DNA of 64,000 nt, from positions 1 to 64,000 of the forward strand of contig NIVC01003825.1 in NCBI GenBank assembly GCA_002269645.1, read 5' to 3'. A program made the position numbers and the translations under genes. This DNA comes from Macrostomum lignano (lineage: Eukaryota). Positions 14,101 through 25,556 of this stretch are shown in pieces. The stretch's first letter is position 1. Each line of letters starts with the position of its first letter. The notes under the pieces are model-generated. The model was not told the origin of the DNA and made no database searches. It was given only the letters and a program-made list of their open reading frames with translations.

Positions 14101-17100
14101 TTATGTGGCGAATTTAACATTGGTGCACAAGTAAAAAATTGGCGCTGCGGGTGAAACTGCCGCACAGACTATGAAAATCGGACAGAGATTCCACAAAATT
14201 AAAGGTAAGCGAACGTTCTAAATAAAACTGTGAAAAAAAGTAAAAAAGCTACAACACAGTAACAATAAAGTTGATACCAAAAACAATTGCGCAGAGCCTT
14301 AGCTTGGCTACAGAGCGCATTCTACAGCCGCATTCTACAGCTGGGCATGGCATGCAGTGCCAACATCCAGCGCACTGGACAATGGCTAAAAGTGCATCTC
14401 TGTGCTTTACAGCTCACTACCCCGCTGCAAGCCAAATTTGATTACTTTTTTACTGCCTTACGAGTAACTGCGTCATTCATAGAATTGAACACTTTCTTGA
14501 AGACTGGCTTTCAAAACAAATTCCACAAAATGCACAGGCTGCACAGCACAGGCGAAGCAGGCAGCTCAGATAGGTGGTGAATAGTTGCTACCTTATTACA
14601 AAGAGAATGAAAACTTCTATAAGAAGTGAGCACAGTGTGAGCAGATCTCACTTGGGCGGTGGCGAATCCTTGTCTGGGGAGACGTCGCTGAGGAACCTTC
14701 AATGCGGATTTTCAGGTGCGAATTAGCTGCACTTTTAGCAGTGGGTGACGGGCGTGAAGGCGGTTCTGTGATGGACGGGGCGTGAAGGCGATTCTGTGAT
14801 GGATGGGGCGTGAAGGCGGTTCTGTGATGGATGGGGCGTGAAGGCGGTTCTGTGATGGACGGGGCGTGAAGGCGGTTCTGTGATGGATGGGGCGTGAAGG
14901 CGGTTCTGTGATGGACGGGGCGTGAAGGCGGTTCTGTGATGGACGGGGCGTGAAGGCGGTTCTGTGATGGACGGGGCGTGAAGGCGGTTCTGTGATGGAC
15001 GGGGCGTGAAGGCGGTTCTGTGATGGACGGGGCGTGAAGGCGGTTCTGTGATGGACGGGGCGTGAAGGCGGTTCTGTGATGGACGGGGCGTGAAGGCGGT
15101 TCTGTGATGGACGGGGCGTGAAGGCGGTTCTGTGATGGACGGGGCGTGAAGGCGGTTCTGTGATGGATGGGGCGTGAAGGCGGTTCTGTGATGGACGGGG
15201 CGTGAAGGCGGTTCTGTGATGGACGGGGCGTGAAGGCGGTTCTGTGATGGACGGGGCGTGAAGGCGGTTCTGTGATGGACGGGCGTGAAGGCGGTTCTGT
15301 GATGGACGGGGCGTGAAGGCGGTTCTGTGATGGATGAGGCGTGAAGGCGGTTCTGTGATGGATGAGGCGTGAAGGCGGTTCTGTTATGAAAGCGATCATT
15401 TAAAAAAGGCATAAAAGCTATAAAAAAACTAATTAGGCATTTTTGGGGCAGTGTTTGTCAGCGCTTGTGTAGTTTGAACTTCAATTTTAAAATGTTTTGG
15501 ACATCTTAAGCGCCTTCAGCCAGCTAATACGCATGAGCACTCACGCATCTCCCAGACTCTTGGACTTGCGATGAGACACCATAGTAACGGCCCCGGCGCC
15601 ATCCCCAGACACGTAGCAACAGTCCAGCCCCTGGGGCGGCTTCAGGCGCACCGAATCCGGCTGGTGCTGCTGCCGCTGCCGCCGCCTCTGCTGGCCGTCG
15701 CCGTCTTGACCGCCTCCTCGGTGAACCAGCAGCTGACTGTCGGAGCCCTGCTTCGGCTCCAGCTCCAGGGAAATGTTATAATTCTCCGCCTCGATAATGC
15801 TCTGCATCTCCTCTATGTAGCTCTGCGACTCCAGGTAGCGGCGGATGTGCGGCTTGCTGGGGAAAGCTGCGGGATCGGAGCGGCTGAGCTGTTTGAATCA
15901 TTCTTGCCTATTAAATATGCGCCAGGTTAATCACAGGTTAATCACAGGTTAATCACAGGTTAATCACAGGTTAATCACAGGTTAATCACAGGTTAATCAC
16001 AGGCTAATCACAGGTTAATCACAGGCTCTCACAGTAAGCGGACTGCTGATTCTCAGATATGATGCGGCAGATGTTGTTCATCTGGTCCGTGCGAGACTGG
16101 GCCTCCAGCAGGCCGCCAGTGCTGGGGTAGCAGGCGTCAATGTACACCAGATCGTTCATGTACAGGCCTGCGGGATGGTGCAGTAGCATCGGGTTCTGTT
16201 TCAAGCTATCTAACACTTCTATCTCAAGCTATCTAACAATTCAGTTTCAAGCTATCTAACAATTCAGTTTCAAGCTATCTAACAATTCAGTTTCAAGCTA
16301 TCTAACAATTCAGTTTCAAGCTATCTAACAATTCAGTTTCAAGCTATCTAACAATTCAGTTTCAAGCTATCTGACAATTCAGTTTCAAGCTATCTGACAA
16401 TTCAGTTTCAAGCTATCTGACAATTCAGTTTCAAGCTATCTGACAATTCAGTTTCAAGCTATCTGACAATTCAGTTTCAAGCTATCTGACAATTCAGTTT
16501 CAAGCTATCTGACAATTCTATCTCAAGCTATCTAACAATTCTGTTTCAAGCTATCTGACAATTCAGTTTCAAGCTATCTGACAATTCTATCTCAAGCTAT
16601 CTAACAATTCTATCTCAAGCTATCTAACAATTCTGTTTCAAGCTATCTGACAATTCCATCTCAAGCTATCTAACAATTCTATCTCAAGCTATCTAACAAT
16701 TCTATCTCAAGCTTCTAACAATTTTATCTCAAGCTTCTAACAATTCTATCTCAAGCTATCTGACAATTCCATCTCAAGCTATCTAACAATTCTATCTCAA
16801 GCTATCTAACAATTCTATCTCAAGCTTCTAACAATTTTATCTCAAGCTTCTAACAATTCTATCTCAAGCTATCTAACAATTCTGTTTCAAGCAATCTAAA
16901 AATTCTGTTTCAAACTATCTAACACTTCTATCTCAAGCTATCTGACAATTTTATCTCAAGCTATCTAACAATTCTATCTCAAGCTATCTAACAATTCTAT
17001 CTCAAGCTATCTGACAATTCCATCTCAAGCTATCTAACAATTCTATCTCAAGCTATCTAACAATTCTATCTCAAGCTTCTAACAATTTTATCTCAAGCTT

Positions 17101-20100
17101 CTAACAATTCTATCTCAAGCTATCTAACAATTCTGTTTCAAGCAATCTAACAATTCTATCTCAAGCTATCTAACAATTCAGTTTCAAGCTATCTAACAAT
17201 TCTATCTCAAGCTATCTAACAATTCTGTTTCAAGCTATCTAACAATTCTATCTCAAGCTATCTAACAATTCAGTTTCAAGCTATCTAACAATTCTATCTC
17301 AAGCTATCTAACAATTCTATCTCAAGCTATCTAACAATTCTATCTCAAGCTATCTAACAATTCTGTTTCAAGCTATCTGACAATTCAGTTTCAAGCTATC
17401 TGACAATTCAGTTTCAAGCTATCTAACAATTCTATCTCAAGCTATCTAACAATTCTATCTCAAGCTATCTAACAATTCTGTTTCAAGCTATCTAACAATT
17501 CTATCTCAAGCTATCTAACAATTCAGTTTCAAGCTATCTAACAATTCTATCTCAAGCTATCTAACAATTCTGTTTCAAGCTATCTAACAATTCTATCTCA
17601 AGCTATCTAACAATTCAGTTTCAAGCTATCTAACAATTCTATCTCAAGCTATCTAACAATTCAGTTTCAAGCTATCTAACAATTCTATCTCAAGCTATCT
17701 AACAATTCTGTTTCAAGCTATCTAACAATTCTATCTCAAGCTATCTAACAATTCAGTTTCAAGCTATCTAACAATTCTATCTCAAGCTATCTAACAATTC
17801 TATCTCAAGCTATCTAACAATTCTATCTCAAGCTATCTAACAATTCTGTTTCAAGCTATCTGACAATTCAGTTTCAAGCTATCTGACAATTCAGTTTCAA
17901 GCTATCTAACAATTCTATCTCAAGCTATCTAACAATTCTATCTCAAGCTATCTAACAATTCTGTTTCAAGCTATCTAACAATTCTATCTCAAGCTATCTA
18001 ACAATTCAGTTTCAAGCTATCTAACAATTCTATCTCAAGCTATCTAACAATTCTGTTTCAAGCTATCTAACAATTCTATCTCAAGCTATCTAACAATTCA
18101 GTTTCAAGCTATCTAACAATTCTATCTCAAGCTATCTAACAATTCTATCTCAAGCTATCTAACAATTCTGTTTCAAGCTATCTAACAATTCTATCTCAAG
18201 CTATCTAACAATTCTATCTCAAGCTATCTAACAATTCTATCTCAAGCTATCTAACAATTCTGTTTCAAGCTATCTGACAATTCCATCTCAAGCTATCTAA
18301 CAATTCTATCTCAAGCTATCTAACAATTCTGTTTCAAGCTATCTAACAATTCAGTTTCAAGCTATCTAACAATTCAGTTTCAAGCTATCTAACAATTCAG
18401 TTTCAAGCTATCTGACAATTCCATCTCAAGCTATCTAACAATTCTATCTCAAGCTATCTAACAATTCTATCTCAAGCTATCTAACAATTCTGTTTCAAGC
18501 TATCTAACAATTCTATCTCAAGCTATCTAACAATTCTATCTCAAGCTATCTAACAATTCTGTTTCAAGCTATCTGACAATTCCATCTCAAGCTATCTAAC
18601 AATTCTATCTCAAGCTATCTAACAATTCTATCTCAAGCTATCTAACAATTCTATCTCAAGCTATCTAACAATTCTGTTTCAAGCTATCTGACAATTCCAT
18701 CTCAAGCTATCTAACAATTCTATTTCAAGCTATCTAACAATTCTATCTCAAGCTTCTAACAATTTTATCTCAAGCTTCTAACAATTCTATCTCAAGCTAT
18801 CTGACAATTCCATCTCAAGCTATCTAACAATTCTATCTCAAGCTATCTAACAATTCTATCTCAAGCTTCTAACAATTTTATCTCAAGCTTCTAACAATTC
18901 TATCTCAAGCTATCTAACAATTCTGTTTCAAGCAATCTAAAAATTCTGTTTCAAACTATCTAACACTTCTATCTCAAGCTATCTGACAATTTTATCTCAA
19001 GCTATCTAACAATTCTATCTCAAGCTATCTAACAATTCTATCTCAAGCTATCTGACAATTCCATCTCAAGCTATCTAACAATTCTATCTCAAGCTATCTA
19101 ACAATTCTATCTCAAGCTTCTAACAATTTTATCTCAAGCTTCTAACAATTCTATCTCAAGCTATCTAACAATTCTGTTTCAAGCAATCTAAAAATTCTGT
19201 TTCAAACTATCTAACACTTCTATCTCAAGCTATCTGACAATTTTATCTCAAGCTATCTAACAATTCTATCTCAAGCTATCTAACAAATATATTTCAAGCT
19301 ATCTGACACTTCTATCTCAAGCTATCTGACACTTCTATCTCAAGCTATCTGACACTTCTATCTCAAGCTATCTAACAATTCTGTTTCAAGCAATCTAACA
19401 ATTCTATCAAACTATCTAAAAATTCTGTTTCAAGCTATCTAACAATTCTATCTCAAGCTATCTAACAATTCTATCTCAAGCTATCTAACAATTCTATCTC
19501 AAGCTATCTAACAATTCTATCTCAAGCTATCTGACAATTCTATCTCAAGCTATCTAACAATTCTATCTCAAGCTATCTAACAATTCTGTTTCAAGCTATC
19601 TAACAATTCTATCTCAAGCTATCTAACAATTCTATCTCAAGCTATCTAACAATTCTATCTCAAGCTATCTAACAATTCTATTTCAAGCTATCTAACAATT
19701 CTATCTCAAGCTATCTAACAATTCTATTTCTAATTATCAAACTTCGATTTCTAATTATTTGACTTTTATTTCAAACTGGGTTTTTAAGTGCTATTTGACT
19801 TTCTGGGTTCAAATTCGGAATGCCATATTAAAAACCAGGAACGCTGGCAGCAGGAATGAGTCAAAAACTTCTCAAAAAATACAAACAACTCAAGAAATGT
19901 TAAAGAAGTCTTGCCAGCAGCAACCCCAGCCTCACCAAGATAAGGAATGATAGGCAGCCGGGCCTCCTGCAGGAAGCGGCGCAGTCTGTCGTGGTTGCTG
20001 TCCGCAGAGAACAGGTCCACCAGTCGCTGGTAGGCGTCGCAGCACTTCCTGGGCAGAAGGTCCCAGGTTCGCTTCAACCGATAGACCGGCTGCGATTGCA

Positions 20101-21689
20101 GCGCGGCCAGCACGGCGAAGGCGGCGTGCAGGTTCTGGTGGCGCAGCAGCTTCTTGCCCAGCCGGATGAAGTGCGCCAGCACCGCGGCCCGGTGCGGCAG
20201 CTGCTTGGCCTCCAGGATGCAGCGCTGGGCCCAGAAGTTCACCCGGTTGAACAGCAGGGTGAACCTGACCACGTTCGGCGCTCGGACCAGCTTGTCCCGC
20301 TTGGACCAGCCCAGGCTTGTCAGCTCGTCCGGAGTGATGGCCTGGGGGTGCGGGGTTTGGGAGCTGGGATCTCAAACTGAGATTTACGATCTAGAATCCC
20401 ACCCTGAGATCTCCGATCTAGAATCTCACCCTGAGATTTCAGATCTAGAATCTCACCGAGATCTCCGCTCTAGAATCTCACCCTGATACTTTCGCTATAG
20501 AATTTCACCCTGAGATCTCCGATCTAGAATCTCACCCTGATATTTTCGCTCTAGAATTTCACCCTGATATTTCCGCTCTAGAATCTCACCCTGAAGATGC
20601 TAGATTTAGAATCTCACCCTGAGATGTCCTATCTAGAATCTTACCCTGAGATCTCCGATCTAGAATCTCACCCTGATATTTTCGCTCTAGAATTTCACCC
20701 TGATATTTCCGCTCTAGAATCTCACCCTGAAGATGCTAGATTTAGAATCTCACCCTGAGATGTCCGATCTAGAATCTCACCTTGAGATTTCCGATCTAGA
20801 ATCTCACCCTGAAATTTCCGATCTAGAATCTCACCCTGAGATTTCAGATCTAGAATCTCACCGAGATCTCCGCTCTAGAATCTCACCCTGATACTTTCGC
20901 TATAGAATTTCACCCTGAGATCTCCGATCTAGAATCTCACCCTGATATTTTCGCTCTAGAATTTCACCCTGATATTTCCGCTCTAGAATCTCACCCTGAA
21001 GATGCTAGATTTAGAATCTCACCCTGAGATGTCCTATCTAGAATCTCACCCTGAGATCTCCGATCTAGAATCTCACCCTGATATTTTCGCTCTAGAAGTT
21101 CACCCTGATATTTCCGCTCTAGAATCTCACCCTGAAGATGCTAGATTTAGAATCTCACCCTGAGATGTCCGATCTAGAATCTCACCCTGAGATCTCCGAT
21201 CTAGAATCTCACCCTGATATTTTCGCTCTAAAATTTCACCCTGATATTTCCGCTCTAGAATCTCACCCTGAAGATGCTAGATTTAGAATCTCGCCCTGAG
21301 ATCTCCGATCTAGAATCTCACCCTGATATTTCCGCTCTAGAATCTCACCCTGAGACACCAATCCCCAAATCTGCCAGCAGATTTCACCTGGAATTCCCGC
21401 AGAAATATGAGCGTCAGTTCGCGCGCCAGGTCCTCGGCAGGCACCCTGGTCAGCTCGAACAGCACGGTCTCGTGGTCGGACTGCGGCTCGTCCGCGGCGG
21501 CCTGCAGATCAGGGAAGAATCCCGCAGAGCCGACGGGATCGGCGGGGCCCGGAAGGGAGTCGCTGCGCTTCGGGCCCGACACGCAGCCGACAGCCAAACC
21601 GCCGCTTTCGCTGCCGCCCGCGCCGAAGCATCCGGCAAAGTGCGCCAGACCGTCTGCGTGGTCAATGGAGTCCTGCAGGCGGTGCACGG
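11152..21689 (-). CDS. RALGPS: Ral GEF with PH domain and SH3-binding motif (RalGPS); N-terminus unresolved
   Basis: Exons 21689-21388, 20341-19936, 16167-16033, 15866-15545, 14696-14652, 13270-13092, 12580-12029, 11444-11152; phase-consistent. CDC25 domain ([57 protein letters not shown]...[10 protein letters not shown]), [15 protein letters not shown], a PxxP motif (PAPPLPRP) and a C-terminal PH domain ([15 protein letters not shown]...RRFWAEL). Confidence 0.92.
11600..11975. repeat. 28-bp minisatellite GGGATTAGAGATTGGAGATGATGTGAAT
   Basis: RalGPS last intron. Confidence 0.95.
12600..12965. repeat. 21-bp minisatellite CTGGGGGTGAGTGGGTCAGGA
   Basis: RalGPS intron 12581-13091. Confidence 0.95.
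13390..14065. repeat. 24-bp minisatellite TTCAGAGGGGGTTCTCAAGGACGT
   Basis: RalGPS intron. Confidence 0.95.
14740..15385. repeat. 28-bp minisatellite GTGAAGGCGGTTCTGTGATGGACGGGGC
   Basis: About 23 highly homogeneous copies. Confidence 0.98.
15925..16025. repeat. 11-bp repeat GGTTAATCACA
   Basis: About nine copies in the short intron at 15867-16032. Confidence 0.95.
16195..19730. repeat. 3.5-kb array of a 23-bp unit TCAAGCTATCTAACAATTCTATC
   Basis: About 150 copies filling the RalGPS intron at 16168-19935. Confidence 0.99.
20365..21352. repeat. 27-bp minisatellite CTAGAATCTCACCCTGAGATCTCCGAT with a 136-bp higher-order unit
   Basis: The variant GAAGATGCTAGATTTAG recurs at 20593, 20729, 20998, 21134 and 21270. 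Confidence 0.97.
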
Positions 21690-23319
21690 CTGAATGAGTA
21701 CACTGTGCTCTTCTTTTCAAAGAAAGTATTAGAGAAAACTGAGAATTAAAATCTTCAAGATTGTCGAGGTATTCAATAAATTCATCAAGAGGCAGACATG
21801 ACCAAGGACCAGTAGTTGCCATAAGGTAAAGAAATAACATTTCTAAGTAATTCAAAGTCAAGATTGTACTACCAGGCGTATTTCTACAAGATGAAGACAA
21901 AAGTATGAAATTCTCACTTTAAAATGACTCAGATTGACACTAAAAGCTGCCTACCATGTACAGGGAAATGTTGGACAGGGAGGCACACTTCTGCTGTGGC
22001 TGCAGCTGTTGGTATGGTTCGATCCAGCTCATGCAGGTGTCATTAACATAGCAATAAGCTGACAGGATGCCAACTTTGGTACACATGCAGATACTGCTGG
22101 ATGCCTGGCCATCTTGGCATGCAAGTTGCATTTGAGACCACACCACTCAGCTCATGGATTTGATGGTCATTGCCAGCTGCCACAGATAGCATGCAAATAA
22201 CAAAATAGTTGATTCTTAATAGTTCATCACCAATTGATAGTAAAAATTCAAAGTTTTTTATTTATAATTCCAAAATTTCTAAGCAAAAGTTAGTTTTTTA
22301 CATAATTTTTTTCAATTTATACCTTCATACAGTTTAAAAAAAATTTATTGAGAGATTTATTTTATTATAAAGAACAATACTTTATATATATATATTAATA
22401 CAATTTTCTTCTTGTCTCATATTTTGGCTAGATCTTGAATGTTTTCAAATTTACCCAAGATCTAGATTTACCCAGGATTATGATATATAGATTAAGTAGT
22501 TACAATTTGTACATATTATTTCATAACTTTCAACTTGGTTGGACTCTACTTTCAACTACTCTTCAACTACTTTAACTTATATTTTTTTATTACAAATCAT
22601 TTATTTTGAGCTAACTAAAAACTACCACTTTTTTTAAGTCTTGTTTAGCCCTATTGCCAACAATAAAGAATAAGTACTTTTTTATAGTAATCTAGATTAA
22701 AAATATTCTATTCTATTCAAATTCTATATATATATATGCACTAGATGCACTAAAAACTATCTAGCAAATTTTACCAATGAATATATCATAATAGGATAAT
22801 TTAAAGATAAAAATAAGAAAAAACATTATTAGACATTTATATCAATAAAGCCATAGCAATACATAATTTGCACTTGTTTTTTGAAATTCTAACAAACTAA
22901 TTTTGACTTTATACTATTTATTTCTTTTTGTAATCAAAGTAATAAAATACTTAGTTAGTGTCAAAATAATAATTAGGTCCTTGCTAGAAATATAACAGAT
23001 TTAATACAATATGTTAGAGCCTATAGGTCTAGATTAAATGTTTTTTAAATTTTATATATTTTTATGCATAGCATATATTATGGCATAGGGCATAGGGGCT
23101 TATGCCGCTTATATTTATTATTCAATCTGATAACAATGGTATGTAGTGTTGCATTGCAACAATTAAATATAGGTGTAGCAATAGGCGTGTGCGTTGTCCA
23201 AAATTCTTGATTTTTTGTATTGTTGCCTACAAAAACGGAACCCAGGTAAGGCCAAACGCCAAACACATTTTGGTATCGATTACCACGTTTAATATTTTTC
23301 TAATCTTCAGCCAGCCAGC

Positions 23320-23925
23320 CATGTGCCATGTACGCCAGGTTGCGGATGGTATGCATGTACGCCGGAACTTTTCCGGCGTACAAAACGGCCACCCTAAGTC
23401 CTTGGCGTACACAATCGGCGTACACAACCCCTGGCGCACTTTGTTGGCGTACACTATTGGCGTACACAAGTAACACAGCCACGCATACTTTTTTGGCGTA
23501 CAAATTTTGGTGAATAAATTCATGCCGTGCATGAAAATTGTAAAGTAAATTAACGTTTTTACGTAAAGTAAAGGAAAATTTATATCGTCAATGATAAACT
23601 TTTTGCTTATTTTAAGTTAAAAAAAATAAAATTAGTGTAAAATTTTGCTGAAAGTATTAATTTTTCATAATATTTTTTGTAGGTAGTATTTAAGTTTGTT
23701 TAAACTGAAAAAATTCGTAATATTTTAAAGACACTTTTCATACCAAAGCATTTCCTAGAAAACTCTACTCGTGAAAACCGAATGACCTTTTTTTAGGAAT
23801 TTTTGGTGTACATTTTAGTGCAACTTTTTGTTTTTGGCGTACACTGGCGTACAAAGTCCTTGACGCCCGAATTTTTTCCGGCGTACACGGGTACATGATC
23901 CGCACACTGGCATGTACGTCCCATG
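23320..23925. mobile_element. MITE-like non-autonomous DNA transposon with imperfect ~65-bp TIRs and subterminal GGCGTACA motifs
   Basis: Left end CATGTGCCATGTACGCCAGGTTGCGGATGGTATGCATGTACGCCGGAA aligns with the reverse complement of the right end, CATGGGACGTACATGCCAGTGTGCGGATCATGTACCCGTGTACGCCGGAA. About 11 GGCGTACA/TGTACGCC motifs cluster near the ends; the core is AT-rich. No clear TSD. Confidence 0.6.
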
Positions 23926-25556
23926 TGAGCAAATTAGCATGTCGAATAAGTTAGACAGTAAGTCGCCAAAAATTCCTACAAGTCAAAAGTATCATCTTAA
24001 ATTTTTTTATTTGATAACTGATATTTTGGTATCCTGAAACATAACTGGGTTTTGATTTTAAAGGAACTTAAAAAAGCAGCAGCTTGGAAATACAACAGTA
24101 CTTTACCCATTTTAAATCTAATAAGGACTCTCTTGCTAAAATATAACAAATCGTCGCCAAACGTTTTGAATTACGGATACTTTGTGACTTTAATGATTTT
24201 AGAAATACATCGAATTTTAGTGTATGAATGAGTAAGGTAAAAAATTAAAAGAGATATGCGAACTAAAGCTTCGTTTCTTCAATGTAACGAAACTCAGCCT
24301 AAATATGTCTAACACAATATTCTACATGTAGTGTAGTGGCATCTTGTGCCAAGTTTTACCAGCCGGTACTCGATTTCCGACAAAAAAACCTTTGTTTGGG
24401 TTGCAAAAAGTTATATGACGTACTGCGCCTTCGGTCTGGTACGCAAAAATTTAATGCTATTTTCCTCGGTGCTAAAGTTACTTTACAGGGTAAGAGCTAG
24501 CAAACTTAGTCCCGAAACTGGAGGAATCCAAGTCTTTCCCCGTATGACTCACTATAGCTCCCTGGTTGGAATTTAGAGCACATACTGGCACAGGAAGTGG
24601 ATCATTGCAAGCAATAATTGATTTTTGGAGTCTGTTGCGGTTTCCAACAAGCGCATCTGTATTGTCGGGGGGTGGTATTGCTACATGTATGTTGTTTGAA
24701 TCATGTTGATACACTGTAAAAGTACATGTAGCTCGTGCAAATGTGCAAGGTACATAGGGACAGTGTTTGTACAAAAAGTATTAGTATTTGGCTCATTCAA
24801 ATGCAGTGAATGAGGCTCGAGGTGCATTGCATATTCATTTCAATTAGTACTCACGTTATTCTCTGTTAAGTTTTGGGAGCTGCAAAAACTCAATTTCAAT
24901 AAAAAGTGATTAATGTTTACAATGCACTTATAAACCCCCACAGTCTCGAACGGTTCTGGGGAAAATGTGTTGAAAGTTTGAAAAACTCTTAAAATAGCAC
25001 CCGAGATTTTAATAGACAAATTAGGCATGTCTCGTGTAATCTGTACTGAATGCGTGCAGCAAATTACATCATAAATACAGGTACTCTTGGTCCACTTCGA
25101 TTACGAGAACTAAAATGATCAAGACTGCCGACTAATACGAAAGTGGATTATTTATGAGCAAACACTTTGTCGCGTAGATGAAGCTGAGAAGAGGAGGCTT
25201 GGCGACTGAGAGAGATAGAAATAGAGAGAGGGGCAGAAAAATTAAAGTAACGCAAGAGTAGAACACACCAAAAGAGATTAGCGCTCAACGTTAGCAGCTG
25301 TACAATGCCAAACCCTTGAGTGCAGAAGCGCGCTTGGCAACAGGCTGCACCTCAACTTTTTTCATGCTCAAAATTCCAATAAACACCGCTTCTCATTGTC
25401 TCTGCGCCGTCCAAATGCACCCAAGCGTACAAGCAGCTTTTTTCACGCCACCGTCAGTACCAAAAGCAAGGCTTGCATATACACCAGGGCCGCAACAAAA
25501 AGCCTTTAGAACGCACCAGTAGGAAAAAATTTGAATCGCCGACTTAACAAAGAAAA

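Noticed and set aside
21940-22146. Candidate first coding exon of RalGPS
   Set aside because: A donor exists at 21954, but the phase fits only an alternative acceptor and the peptide has no recognisable homology; left unresolved.
24346-25028. Short ORFs as transposase remnants next to the TIR element
   Set aside because: No DDE, zinc-finger or other recognisable motif.
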